From contig NIVC01000129.1 in assembly GCA_002269645.1 (NCBI GenBank), positions 480,755-544,754 on the forward strand: a stretch of 64,000 nucleotides of DNA. The letters run 5' to 3'. The translations under genes were made by a program, and so were the position numbers. Position 1 is the first letter of the stretch; every line of letters begins with the position of its first letter. Origin of the DNA: Macrostomum lignano. Taxonomy: Eukaryota. Of this stretch, positions 1 to 13,900 are shown piece after piece. The notes under the pieces were generated by a model. That model did not search any database, was not told the origin of the DNA, and worked only from the letters and a program-made list of their open reading frames with translations.

Positions 1-827
1 GGTGCAGGACTTGCTGAAGTCGCAGGGCGATACAGATTCGGCTGCTACTCGTGTGAGTATCGCTTTTATTATAACAAAATTCCTGTCAGACCCGGGTGTA
101 TATGTAGGACGCCGTACATTGAAGGGTTTTAGGATTGATCGATGGTAACTCTAGCCATAGTTTTATCCTTCGTCCTAACCATTTTTATGTGTTGAGGGGA
201 GAAAGGTTTCTATTACTTGTTGTCTGAAAAACGGTAGATTCGTTATAAGACACATGATGAAAATATTATCATGCCTCAACGTGGTTTATTGTATTATATT
301 CTAGATATATCAAATGCATATTAAAAAGAGGATTGTAGCCTAGTGATTAGAGCGTCGGACTCAAGACTTTAAGGTCGGGGATCGATTCCCGATCCCACCG
401 GAATAATTTGTGTCCTTGAGCAAGACACCTAAATCTGCATTGCTTCAGTTCACCTTGCTGTATAATAGCTAGGTGCCAGCATTAGCTGGGGTAATTGAAG
501 GTTGTGTGGCGACCCCCCAGTCCTTGGACTGAACAGCCGTGCGCAGCCTTCAGATGAGCTGTCGGTTGCACATCTGCCCATTAGGGGTGTGTGATCAATT
601 ATATTAATTATTGTTATTAATAGATTAAAATCCGCAAAGCGCTATTAAATTAAAAAAGCCACCACTAAAAATTTATTTTTCAGACACCTCAGTCAAAGAC
701 AAACAAAGGCGGATGCGACGACACAGCGACCATCGAACCGAAGCCGGGTACAGAAGAGCGAATCAGCTTGAATCAGTCGAGCTACTGCGGTCGCCAAGGC
801 ACTGGCTCCGAAGTCTTTGACTGGTAG
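1..827 (+). CDS. 3' end of an unidentified gene (last two exons)
   Basis: Open frame VQDLLKSQGDTDSAATR ends at 52 before GTGAGT. Acceptor TTTTTCAG ends at 683; phase-0 exon 684-827 reads TPQSKTNKGGCDDTATIEPKPGTEERISLNQSSYCGRQGTGSEVFDW* (48 codons). No family recognised. Confidence 0.55.
328..620 (+). mobile_element. tRNA-derived SINE with CORE-like domain (copy 1)
   Basis: A-box-like TAGCCTAGTGATTAG, B-box-like GGATCGATTCCC (379-390), GTGTCCTTGAGCAAGACAC...CAGTTCACCTTGCTGTATAAT core and AT-rich tail. Aligns by eye with 22363-22685. Confidence 0.8.
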
Positions 828-3800
828 ACGGGATTCTCTTTAACTGTGAAACTGGGCTCATGCTCGAGTAAAGAATTGCTTCCAAACATTGGGTAATTTT
901 CTATACTTTAAAATGTAACCGGCTGCTTCATTTACTTAATACACTCTACCTTCTTGTAAAAGCATTTACCGCGTATATACTCGCCTATGAACCAGCCCCC
1001 GATCTGCAGTGCGCCTATTGTAATGTCGTAATGTCGCAAAGAATGCACAACGAAAAGGCACTGCACCCACCAACAAAACTCGCCAACAAAAGTGCTAAAC
1101 CCGTCGCCAGCTTTCTAAACTGTACGACAAAAACTCTCTTGCAATTGTCGATCACTTGAACCGTCTTGTCTACTTAGGTTTCCCAACTTAGTTTTTCATT
1201 TGCTAACAAAAATTTATTTACTATAACTTTTACACACGGCAGCATATTTTAGCGCACGACCGTTAAACCTCGAAGCTTAGTTGCCTTTCTGTCAGTCAGA
1301 GTCTGCTTTGCTTTTTACCGATTTGCAGTGTTCCAAGAACTTCTAGGTTCCACAGCGACTGCGTGCGCTGATTACATTTTTGTGCTCAAAATTTGAGAGA
1401 GAACGGCTCGGAAACGGCGGTTGATGACGCGCTAAACGAATTTCTCTCCAATTTTTTAACGAGTCCTTAGTCCAGTCAGCAGTACTCTCGTATGCAGCTT
1501 CTGTCTCTGTAAAATCATTCAGCTGTACGCAACTTTACGTTCCACTTTGCATTCTTTTTGCACTTCAAGGCTAAGTTTCTATGTGTGTTTTTTTGTACAC
1601 AGTCACTCAGTGTTTAGATTCACTTTTTTGCATTTATGGTATTTTTGCGTAAGTTTAATTTAATTTCAGCGACGCAACCCCCTTGTCAGTAAAACAGTGT
1701 GACACTGGAAAATCATATTTTTAACTGCTGCCCCCTCTTGCTAAATGCAATAAAAATGAGTTTAAAACGGCTTCAAATAGTTTTACAACCAATTCAGATT
1801 CATTATTTAGTTGAGAAAATACTTTCGGTTGTTTTATGGCTTTTTGATTTAACCATTTTGATTTCTTATTCATATATATTGACAAGGTAGTAGGGGAATT
1901 GAAAGTGCCTGACAGTCCTGCCGTGATCGGGCGTTCGGTCCTCAAACGTCGGTTTCAAAATCGGAACGTCTGTCCACTGATTTACCGTTGGTTTCTCTAT
2001 CGCTAATAGAAAACACCAGTTTCTGCCTGATGTCGTTTTGTGTCATGTAGCGGTTCCTGACAGGATAAATCCATGCCTATTTTTGGGTATGTATGCCTAA
2101 CCTGACATGTTTATGCATTAGGCAAAGTAATTACCATTCATTTCTTTTTTCAAAACTTACTTTTTTATAATTGATCACATTTAAAACGATGGTAAAGATT
2201 CCTGGTTTTTACTGAACTCTCCCGTTATTTCGTTGCGGCAAAATATTTTACAACAAAGTGTATTAATCTAGCTAAAGATACAACTGGTCCTCATAAATGA
2301 AATTTTAACTCCTTAATTCAGTTTGCGATTGTATGCATTATTGGTCCGTTTAGTATGGAGACGATTCTAAATTTTCAGTAGGTAAATTTTTTAAAATTGA
2401 ATTCGCGTCAAAATTAAAATGGGAAAATCTATAACTAAAAAGTTATACTGTTTCCATTTGTAGAGCATTTTTATAGATTTTTTTTTACTTTTTGTTAAAC
2501 TATTAAAAGGCATTTAAATTTAACTCATATCAACAGTGTACTACGTTGCTTATCTATTTGGCGCGAATTTGATTTTCTAAACTAAAGTTAACGAACAATA
2601 AATGCAGGATTTAAGAACCAATAGCTAAAAAGTATTTCGTAAAGCTTCAATGTACAATTAATGAAGAAATTTAATCGAAAGTATGTGTTAGGGTAAACCC
2701 GGCACAAATACTTATCGCTGTCATTTGCGTATCACGTATGTTCAGATTGCTTTGCCGTCATTCAGCTAGAAATATTTAACTCCAGGCTTCGGGAGTGCAT
2801 GGAGATCACCTGAGTAGCTACTCAATTACGAAGTGAATTAGCTAATATTCTTCAATTTTAAAGAAGGCAGTGTTTAAGCGAGGAGAAAAGTTAGCCTCAA
2901 GCTTACGATCATTGTCTTTTTGCCGAATAAAATACATATATTTGATGCTGCAACACATTGTATTTTATAATAAAAAATAGCTCGAAAATACATGTGTACT
3001 AAATATAAAAGTGCTTCTTTCTACAGTTTCATACGCATAACAGTTAGTTTAGTTTCTGGTATCCGAGGTTTGTCGCTATAAGGCAACTTGAAGTACATTA
3101 AGTTCTAGTATAATGAATCAACTATCACAGGAAATTGAAAGGTAACAGCAAAGATTTCGCCTTGGCATGGAATGTGAATGTGAGACATTCCATAGGAAAG
3201 GCACTGACTGTTTGTGAAGCAGATTAGCTAGCAGGTGTTACACGCACTTACTTCACAATGGCGACTGGCTGTCAAGGAGACTGGCTCTGCCCTGATTCAC
3301 AGCCTGCTTCTCAAAGTCTCTGAGGCCCAGCGGGTCGTGGCTTTCCGCTTGACTGATCATCGCCCTGCGAGTGGCGGGCAAGGATTTAGCAAGGCTATTG
3401 TTAGGCTGTTATTGAATTTCTGTTTTTGTTATAAATATAATATCTGCTTATTGGCGCAATTAAGGATTAATAGAAGCAGAAGGGTTTTTGATTAGTTCAG
3501 GGACTAATTGAGTAGTCTTGAGTTTGAGGAGTCCTTGGATTAGTTGCACATGTACGAGGGCTGTCCCAAAAGCAGTGTTATTTTTCATTAAATCTCTCGT
3601 TCTGATGATCCAAATAACATCTTTTTGCACAAATCTATAGCAGCAACTTTCTTATTCATATTACGAGCGTAACTTTAACATCTTTAAAGACAGACAATGG
3701 AAACAAAAGTTATAAACAAAAATTTATCAGAAGCTAGGACCAATATGGGAGCATGACTTACAGTAAGTCAACAAGTTTGCAAAATTTTGAAGTGGCAGCT

Positions 3801-3939
3801 GACTAACTGGTAACTGGCTGCAGTAAATGTGTAAAATCATGTGTAATTAAAGAGCCGATGAAAGTTGCGCAATTATCTCGGCTGCCCCGTGCCTTGTGCC
3901 CCCCGTCCTCCAGGTGGACGGGGCAGAAGGGCATAATTA

Positions 3940-4046
3940 TGTCAACTTAAGCTCATAAATTAGAGTCCTCAATTATCCCCTTGCTTATTCTCCCCTAGCT
4001 ACCCAAAGTTTATGAGCTTTATGAGCTTTATGAGCTTAAGTTGACA
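3940..4046. repeat. 20-bp perfect inverted repeat (MITE-like hairpin)
   Basis: TGTCAACTTAAGCTCATAAA (3940-3959) is the exact reverse complement of 4027-4046; the right arm is preceded by TTTATGAGC repeats. Confidence 0.8.
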
Positions 4047-4948
4047 GGCCCTTTGTGCGAAATTACGTTATTCGGCTCACCAGAACGCGAGATATAATGA
4101 AAAGTACATGTAACACTACTTTTGGAACAGTCCTCGCACATGTATTAAAGTAGGCGCTTATCACTATTTTAAAAAAACATACTAAATAAAAACAGTTGAA
4201 ACTGCATTGTTTGACTAAGAGGTTCTCTTCTCTGATTGGTTGTTTTTTTTATAGCCGATTCTGTCTATTACCAGCTGGCCTGGCTTGCAGTCTGTGTGAG
4301 GGTGAGGGCTGCGAGCTTGATTGGCTTTTTGTCGAGTTGTCTATGGCCGAAAGCAGTTCTGCGGGGATTCTCCACTTGGTATGCCTGATTACACAAAAAC
4401 CTGGCTGACAAAAGCAATAGGGTACATCGTTTCCTAAATTTTCGTAATTCAAATTCTTTAAGCTATTTGCGAGTATTTGACGTCATTGCTATCATCTATA
4501 AAAATCGGTTTGGAAAATTCCGTTCGAATTTCTATCATATTTAACTTGATAAATTTGAATCGAAATGAATCGAAATTGGACAGAGCACATGCCTCTACTT
4601 TCTATTTGAAAGTTCAGGTTAGAAACAGTACATTTAGTGATAAAAACTGAGTCATTTTTCTTTCTAAAACATTTTTCAGCGAAAATTGTCTCTAGGGACA
4701 GTCCTAACTTTAATTATTTATGACTCAATATGAGTTCTTGCACTTTCACACCTTGGATACGGGCTTTACACTTCTTGCTCAAGCTCAAGTATTTCTGAGG
4801 CAAGGCTGAGTGCGCATTTTGTTACTACATGTACCTAAAAAAGAGAGTAATATAAATTGACAGGTAAGAATCCCTATGGAGGGCATATCAAGGAGTATCA
4901 GAGTTAGCAAGCGCCTGTCAGAGCGCCAGCATGAAAGACAGCCGGCAC

Positions 4949-7900
4949 TCACTGGTGACTGGTTATCCACGGGTTGGCAGTGTTTGGCTGCAGGACTTCA
5001 CCGTCAATGCTGAATGCTGGCGAGTTGAAGTATGATGGGTCGGGCTCCGGCCGCCTTAACGAGCCGTCTTTTCCGTTTGTCAGGCTGGAAAATTCTGCCG
5101 GAGGATTTTCGTCCGGATAGAAATAGATCGGCGGCTGGAGCAGCTTCAGCTGGTGCTGCAAAATTTCAGGCGGTCGGTTTCGCTAGCATACAGAATGAAT
5201 CATTAAGACTGGTAAATATTGTTCAAAAGTATCACTTTTAAGGTTTTCTGCAAATCACAACATGACTTACATGCCGGTACCACCAGAACGCGCCGAGTGC
5301 GGCAGCAACTAGGACAACGCCTAGAACGCAGAGAAGAGCAATGGCGTACGGTGGAAACACGTAGGGAGCCTCAGAGCTTGCTACGGTAGCCGTGCTCTCC
5401 GTTGTGGCCAGGGCTGACGCTGGCAGCGGGCCGATCGTGAGGTTCACGATGTTGGTACCGTAGCCAGGAATAATTGCCCTGAGCTGCTCCTCCAGATAAG
5501 AGTCCGAGTAGAATGAGTCATTGCGAACAGTCAGCTTCGCTGTCAGCTTTGTTCCATTGCCGTCTGGGCTGAAGGAGATGTCAAAGAAGTCGCTGACAAT
5601 CGAGGTCAGATTTGAGGCACTTCGAACAGCGTTCATCAGCAGGTAGTAGGACTCGCGGGCCAACGACATGAAGCCGGCAGAGTTGCCATCGCCCAGAGCA
5701 GTGTCGTATGACTTTAGCGGGTAATTCCAGGTCAGCTGAACAGTTCGAGCGCTGACAAACACCGGATCCTGGCCGACAGGGCACGCGCAGTCCGTGGGCA
5801 CCGCGCGTCGAGAGCGCGACAGCAGCAGGAAGAAACTGTCGGATTTGTCGAACAAGTCGGCGCTGCGTCGCCTCCGGGAAGTCGGGCAGTTGTAAGCCGA
5901 GAAATTGCCACTGAGGCTCACCGTAAAGGAGTACGGTTGGCTGGCATCTCGAATTTTTTTCGGGATAAAAACGAGATAGCGGAAGTCGCCGAAGCGTTCG
6001 AATTGGGATCGGCCGACGCAGTCTGTCGATCGGTTAACAGTGGCCAAGTATACTATTCGCTGAGTGAGTTCAGATGCAGTGAAACCGAATGTGCCTGCAG
6101 CCGAACTGTACTCTAGCAGGTTGCATGTGGCACAGACGCTAGATACACAGATCTGAAAAATATGATTTTTGTGATGAGGACGCACTTTTTTGCCAAACTT
6201 CACGCTCGCACATGGGCTCCAAACTTGCTAGTCTACTAACAACAGGCTATGGGCATTTTTTCTTCTCTTTATGTAATTTTCCTAGAATTCATACTATTTA
6301 TATGATTTTGCCATACTTGTAGCTATAATAACATAGGTGCGGCTTTTGGGTCATAAATCATTGCTTTTGAGCTGGTCTGACAGCCACCTGCGCCTCACTC
6401 AATGCTGAGACTGGCGCCAGATGGTCTGAGAGGATGCGGGCGGTAGCTCTTTTCTCATCATTTTGACAGGCCATCAAGATTTATGAGGTCAGGGCCTACT
6501 GTTCGTGTTTACTCAAGCGTGTGACAGCTTTGACAGCTATGCGTTTTACCCCTAAAAGTGCGTTGGGATTAGCTATTAGCGATTTGTCTTCATTATCATC
6601 TCTTTCTACTTAATAATAGCTTTCTAATGTATATTTTTTCATTAATTTTTGTCATTTCTACGCGAAAGGTCATAAATCATTATGTAGCGATTTTGAGTGA
6701 TTTATGACCGCACCTGTCGTATTTTTATGGTCCCGAGGGAACTGATAGGATCTTATGGTCACGTGACTTTGGGTGGCAACAAGCTCAGCCAATTAGAAAA
6801 TTCGACATGCGTTATAACAAATCGGCTCAGCCAATCAGCGTCGAGGTGTTCCATTATAACAAATTGCGGTCCAGTTGGCGGCTATTTAAACCGGTGTTTT
6901 GGCCCGCTCGGACTCAACCTCCTGCTCCGCCTCCTGGGACTTTGGCCTTAGACCTCCCGGAGCTCGACCGTCGTCTCTTGATCCCCGAATCGCGACTCTC
7001 CCCATCATCATCAAGGACGAATCCCCCGGTCGTCAGCAGCGAACATCAAGATTAAGAACATCACCTGCTAGCTATCAGCGAAGATTGTGACATCAGCATC
7101 ATCCCGGGCCTACAGCTGCGAAGCACTAAGCCGATTCGGTCACTGTGGATTACCTGGTCTCCGGCTGTTGAGTTTCTGATTGGTTGGGTGAGAGGCTACC
7201 TAGACTTGCTTGATTGGGTGATTCCTTATCTGTCCCCTGTTTCAGTAGCTGGATGCTCATTTTGTTCAGCAGTGCTGTTATTGAGGCAGAAACCATTCAA
7301 TAATACTGTTAGTAGCCCGAAACTTCAATTCAATCTGAAGTGTGAAGTGATTTAAGGAGAAGGTTAAATCTGACGGTTATTTTTATCGGTTTTATTTCTT
7401 TGTTCGCCGATGGCTCAGATGAATAGCTAAGCTAGTAGGCGCCGGTTACAGTGGACCAATGGCAAGGCAGTTCTCAGTCGATCAATCTATCAAATCAGTG
7501 AGCAAAATTGCCAATAGTGCAAGATCGGCGCTAGAGATGTACTTTATGCACTCTAGGTCCGACAAGCGGCTCGGGTAATGAATCATGCGGTCTCCGATGT
7601 TCGAGTTAGCCTATCATCAGCGCTACGAGAGGCTAGTTGGCGCGTTGAAGGCCAAAAGTACAATTCTTCGTATTTAGCTATGTAATAGTACATGGAGCTA
7701 CCCCATAGTCTCGCCACTGCAAGAATCCCCTGCAAAAGTCCCCTCTGTACCTGCATGGCCAATGCAATCAAGTCCCAGCAGTGTCCCTTATAATCGGCTA
7801 TGACTTCGAGATTGACAGCAAAAAGACACTAGTTGGCAGGTAAGTGCAAAACCCCTTCTAGTCGGAAGCCCGATTTCGAAAGTCCCGGTTTGGTGAGCCA

Positions 7901-10900
7901 AGACGCACGGGCTGGTGGCAGTGAGTTGGCTAATCTGCGGATTATCTCATTTCTACCTTCAAAATTCTCCCTGCTTGTCTCTCGCTGTCCCTCTCTTAGC
8001 TATAGGTCCTAGGCTACTCGCCACACGATCAAGCTACCATGGGGCTGACCATCTGACAGGAGTGCAAGGGGCCAGGACTCTAATTGATTTATTTCTGAGA
8101 CCTGAGGCCCGAAGGCTTCCCGAAAGGGGCCGAAAAGGTCGAAACCCATCATTAGCAACTAATAAGAACGCTACGACCGAGGACTACAAAGATGAGTTGC
8201 AATCTAATCTTAGAAAATAAACTGTAAAATTCTTTCTCTAATTTACATAGCAGACAGAACGAAGGTCGTCCAAAAAGGTAAAACCCTAAATTTAGTCGGA
8301 TTCCTATAGGCTTAATTCACCCCGTGTAGTCACTGAAAATTGTTTTATCACACACTGAGGTAAATATTTCTACAAGTACTTCCTAGCTATGTTTTTGTTA
8401 GAGTGAAGCGTTTTTCCAGGCGGTTCTCGCGAATTTCCTGATGCACATCGTCTTTGACGCTGACAGACGCACTTAAACAGCATGGTGACGCGGCGGAAAT
8501 GATCAATCTGGGAAGACCAATTGGTCGGCCTTCACGATCGGCGACGAGCAAGTCACGAGTGCGGCAAGTCACGAGCGCGGCAAGTCACGAGTGCGGCACT
8601 GTATCAACGTGCCATCCTGATCCATCCAAGCGACCTGCTGCGCCATCGTTGACTTCAGCTGCAGGGCCTAGTGGCTACTTTAAGCTGTCGTAGTGGCCAC
8701 AAGTAGTACAGGAGGTGCTGACGCTGCAGGCCAACCTACCGGCCAGGACATCCGCGCACTCGGCATTTAGTCGAATGCCTGCTGGCTAACGCAGCCGCCC
8801 CGGATTCCGTCGGTGGCACATTCTAGCAAAAACTCTCTGACGCTACTCTTACTTTGTTAATCTAGAGCAGATACTGGAATAATAAATACTATAGTTATTC
8901 CATAGATACTAGAATAACTAGATGGGTCACCCAAACATATATACTTGGCAAAACAGCTGTCTACTTTCACTTCAGTAGCAATGAAGAATACACAAGCTAT
9001 TTTATACGAATAAAGGCAGCGGATATGCCATTGATAAGTTTATAAGCCCAGCTTGCAGACGTAAACAGCTTGCTAATTGGTTCAGCCATAGTGTACATTA
9101 GCCACTGAGATGCACAAGGCAGATTTAGGCTGGAACAACTGAGGAAGGTAATAAAAATTGGGTGGCGGGGCTGGGGCAGATGTTTTGTGAGGAGTTTGAG
9201 GGTTTAAGCTTGGGGTAATTGGCCTTGTCTTTAAAAATACATTAAAATGATTCAGCTTAACGAACTACTAATCTGAAAGTAGCTTACACGCAAATATGCT
9301 GAGTGGCTCATCTAGTTATTCTAGTATCTGTGATCTAGAGACGCAGTGTTTATAATGGTAGCCAGCGAAAAAAATGCTAACCTGCTCAATGTAGGGCATC
9401 GAACGGCACTTGTCACCAGTCGGCCCGATTAGCAAGTCGAAAACAACGATTGGCTCGGATGCAGATCCAACAGTGAACTGGTTTGTCGACGCATTGTACG
9501 TATAGGGTTCTGTTGAATTTCGGAATGCGTTGGTTCCGAATACATCGCTTAGCAGCGATGTGTTGGTCATCGTAGTAAAACCTGAAGAAAAAGTAAATCT
9601 TGTAGGTCTTTTTCCACTCAGATACCCAGCTGATACAGTAACTTACTTATCTAGATAGGTATTAATAGTATCAACTTACCTGGAGTTGTTGTTGGAGGTA
9701 TTGTTGAAGTTTCAGTAGTGACTACAGTGCTAACTGTTGAAGTAATTGACGTCGTTTCTGCCACAGTGGTAACTCCAGGTAAAGTTGTGCCTCCCAAACC
9801 AGCAGTCGTGGCTCCTCCAGGTATAGTCGTGGCTCCTCCAGATAAAGTCGTGGCTCCTCCAGGTACAGTTGTAAGTCCCAAACCAGCAGTCGTGGCTCCT
9901 CCAGGTAGAGTTGTGGCTTCTCCAGGTACAGTCGTGGCTCCTCCAGGTAGAGTTGTGGCTTCTCCAGGTACAGTCGTGGCTCCTCCAGGTAGAGTTGTGG
10001 CTTCTCCAGGTACAGTCGTGGCTCCTCCAGGTACAGTTGTGGCTCCTCCAGGTACAGTTGTAAGTCCCAAATCAGCAGTCGTGGCTCCTCCAGGTAGAGT
10101 TGTGGCTTCTCCAGGTACAGTCGTGGCTCCACCAGGTACAGTCGTAGCTTGTCCAGGTACAGTCGTGGCTCCTTCAGGTAAAGTCGAGGCACCAGGTACA
10201 GTTGTGCCTTCCAAACCAGCCGTCGTAGCTCCTCCAGGTGTAGTGGCTCCTCCAGATAACGTCGTGGCTCCTCCAGAAAAAGTCGTGGCTCCTTTAGGTA
10301 CAGTTGTGGCTCCTCCAGGTAAAGTTGAGATTACTGTAATTCCTGTGATTTCTGTTCTCGTTGTTTCTGTTGTGCCGGTTCCAGAAGTAACACCCGTACG
10401 AAAAGTAGATCCTGCTTCCTGAGTTCCAGTTGCAGTAACTATCGTAGATCCAGTGGCATCCGAAAAACCAGATGCTGAAGTAGAATCTGTTCGAGTCGTC
10501 GATCCTGTACCTGCAGTCGCTCCAGTCTCAGCAGTGGCTCCTGTTGCAGCAGTGGCGCCTGTTGCAGGTGTCGATCCGGTACCTGCAGTCGCTCCCGTTG
10601 CCTCAGTAGCTCCTGTTGCAGGTGTCGATTCGGTACCTGCAGTCGCTCCCGTTGCCTCAGTAGCTCCTGCTCCAGGTGTCGATCCGGTACCTGCAGTCGC
10701 TCCCGTTGCCTCAGTAGCTCCTGCTGCAGGTGTCGATCCGGTACCTGCAGTCGCTCCCGTTGCCTCAGTAGCTCCTGCTCCAGGTGTCGATCCGGTACCT
10801 GCAGTCGCTCCAGTTTCAGCAGTAGCTCCTGCTCTAGGTGTCGATTCGGTACCTGCAGTCGCTCCCGTTGCCTCAGTAGCTCCTGCTCCAGGTGTCGATC

Positions 10901-13900
10901 CGGTACCTGCAGTCGCTCCCGTTGCCTCAGTAGCTCCTGCTGCAGGTGTCGATCCGGTACCTGCAGTCGCTCCCGTTGCCTCAGTAGCTCCTGCTCCAGG
11001 TGTCGATCCGGTACCTGCAGTGGCTCCAGTCTCAGCAGTGGCTCCTGCTCCAGGTGTCGATCCGGTACCTGCAGTCGCTCCCGTTGCCTCAGTAGCTCCT
11101 GCTCCAGGTGTCGATCCGGTACCTGCAGTCGCTCCCGTTGCCTCAGTAGCTTCTGCTCCAGGTGTCGATCCGGTACCTGCAGTCGCTCCCGTTGCCTCAG
11201 TAGCTCCTGCTGCAGGTGTCGATCCGGTACCTGCAGTGGCTCCAGTCTCAGCAGTGGCTCCTGCTCCAGGTGTCGATCCGGTACCTGCAGTCGCTCCAGT
11301 TTCAGAAGTAGCTCCTGCTGCAGGTGTCGATCTGGTACCTGCAGTGGCTCCAGTCTCAGCAGTGGCTCCTGCTCCAGGTGTCGATCCGGTACCTGCAGTC
11401 GCTCCCGTTGCCTCAGTAGCTCCTGTTGCAGGTGTCGATTCGGTACCTGCAGTCGCTCCCGTTGCCTCAGTAGCTCCTGCTCCAGGTGTCGATCCGGTAC
11501 CTGCAGTCGCTCCAGTTTCAGCAGTAGCTCCTGCTCCAGGTGTCAATCCGGTACCTGCAGTCGCTCCCGTTGCCTCAGTAGCTCCTGTTGCAGGTGTCGA
11601 TCCGGTACCTGCAGTCGCTCCCGTTGCCTCAGTAGCTCCTGCTCCAGGTGTCGATCCGGTACCTGCAGTCGCTCCCGTTGCCTCAGTAGCTCCTGCTGCA
11701 GGTGTCGATCCGGTACCTGCAGTCGCTCCCGTTGCCTCAGTAGCTCCTGCTCCAGGTGTCGATCCGGTACCTGCAGTCGCTCCCGTTGCCTCAGTAGCTC
11801 CTGCTGCAGGTGTTGATCCGGTACCTGCAGTCGCTCCCGTTGCCTCAGTAGCTCCTGCTCCAGGTGTCGATCCGGTACCTGCAGTGGCTCCAGTCTCAGC
11901 AGTGGCTCCTGCTCTAGGTGTCGATCCGGTACCTGCAGTCGCTCCCGTTGCCTCAGTAGCTCCTGCTCCAGGTGTCGATCCGGTACCTGCAGTGGCTCCA
12001 GTCTCAGCAGTGGCTCCTGCTCCAGGTGTCGATCCGGTACCTGCAGTCGCTCCCGTTGCCTCAGTAGCTCCTGCTCCAGGTGTCGATCCGGTACCTGCAG
12101 TCGCTCCAGTTTCAGCAGTAGCTCCTGCTGCAGGTGTCGATCCGGTACCTGCAGTCGCTCCCGTTGCCTCAGTAGCTCCTGTTGCAGGTGTCGATTCGGT
12201 ACCTGCAGTCGCTCCCGTTGCCTCAGTAGCTCCTGCTCCAGGTGTCGATCCGGTACCTGCAGTCGCTCCCGTTGCCTCAGTAGCTCCTGTTGCAGGTGTC
12301 GATCCGGTACCTGCAGTCGCTCCCGTTGCCTCAGTAGCTCCTGCTCCAGATGTCGATCCGGTACCTGCAGTCGCTCCCGTTGCCTCAGTAGCTCCTGCTG
12401 CAGGTGTCGATCCGGTACCTGCAGTCGCTCCAGTTTCAGCAGTAGCTCCTGCTCCAGGTGTCGATCCGGTACCTGCAGTCGCTCCCGTTGCCTCAGTAGC
12501 TCCTGCTGCAGGTGTCGATCCGGTACCTGCAGTGGCTCCAGTCTCAGCAGTGGCTCCTGCTCCAGGTGTCGATCCGGTACCTGCAGTCGCTCCCGTTGCC
12601 TCAGTAGCTCCTGCTCCAGGTGTCGATCCGGTACCTGCAGTGGCTCCAGTCTCAGCAGTGGCTCCTGCTCTAGGTGTCGATCCGGTACCTGCAGTCGCTC
12701 CCGTTGCCTCAGTAGCTCCTGCTCCAGGTGTCGATCCGGTACCTGCAGTGGCTCCAGTCTCAGCAGTGGCTCCTGCTCCAGGTGTCGATCCGGTACCTGC
12801 AGTCGCTCCCGTTGCCTCAGTAGCTCCTGCTCCAGATGTCGATCCGGTACCTGCAGTCGCTCCAGTTTCAGCAGTAGCTCCTGCTCCAGGTGTCGATCCG
12901 GTACCTGAAGTCGCTCCCGTTGCCTCAGTAGCTCCTGCTCCAGGTGTCGATCCGGTACCTGCAGTCGCTCCCGTTGCCTCAGTAGCTCCTGCTCCAGATG
13001 TCGATCCGGTACCTGAAGTCGCTCCCGTTGCCTCAGTAGCTCCTGCTCCAGGTGTCGATTCGGTACCTGCAGTCGCTCCCGTTGCCTCAGTAGCTCCTGC
13101 TGCAGGTGTCGATCCGGTACCTGCAGTGGCTCCAGTCTCAGCAGTGGCTCCTGCTTCAGGTGTCGATCCGGTACCTGCAGTCGCTCCCGTTGCCTCAGTA
13201 GCTCCTGCTCCAGGTGTCGATCCGGTACCTGCAGTCGCTCCCGTTGCCTCAGTAGCTCCTGCTGCAGGTGTCGATCCGGTACCTGCAGTGGCTCCAGTCT
13301 CAGCAGTGGCTCCTGCTCCAGGTGTCGATCCGGTACCTGCAGTCGCTTCCGTTGCCTCAGTAGCTCCTGCTCCAGATGTCGATCCGGTACCTGCAGTCGC
13401 TCCCGTTGCCTCAGTAGCTCCTGCTCCAGATGTCGATCCGGTACCTGCAGTCGCTCCCGTTGCCTCAGTAGCTCCTGCTCCAGGTGTCGATCCGGTACCT
13501 GCAGTCGCTCCCGTTGCCTCAGTAGCTCCTGTTGCAGGTGTCGATCCGGTACCTGCAGTCGCTCCCGTTGCCTCAGTAGCTCCTGTTGCAGGTGTCGATC
13601 CGGTACCTGCAGTCGCTCCAGTTTCAGAAGTAGCTCCTGCTGCAGGTGTCGATCCGGTACCTGCAGTCGCTCCCGTTGCCTCAGTAGCTCCTGCTCCAGA
13701 TGTCGATCCGGTACCTGCAGTCGCTCCCGTTGCCTCAGTAGCTCCTGCTCCAGGTGTCGATCCGGTACCTGCAGTCGCTCCCGTTGCCTCAGTAGCTTCT
13801 GCTCCAGGTGTCGATCCGGTACCTGCAGTCGCTCCCGTTGCCTCAGTAGCTCCTGCTGCAGGTGTCGATCCGGTACCTGCAGTGGCTCCAGTCTCAGCAG

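Noticed and set aside
379-390. Functional tRNA genes at the SINE heads (also 22411-22420)
   Set aside because: No complete cloverleaf; the sequences continue into CORE-like and tail regions typical of SINEs.
8095-8145. Hammerhead-like CTGA-GACCT...AGGTC-GAAAC
   Set aside because: The core lacks the NGA of CUGANGA, and no stem I, stem III or NUH site could be formed.
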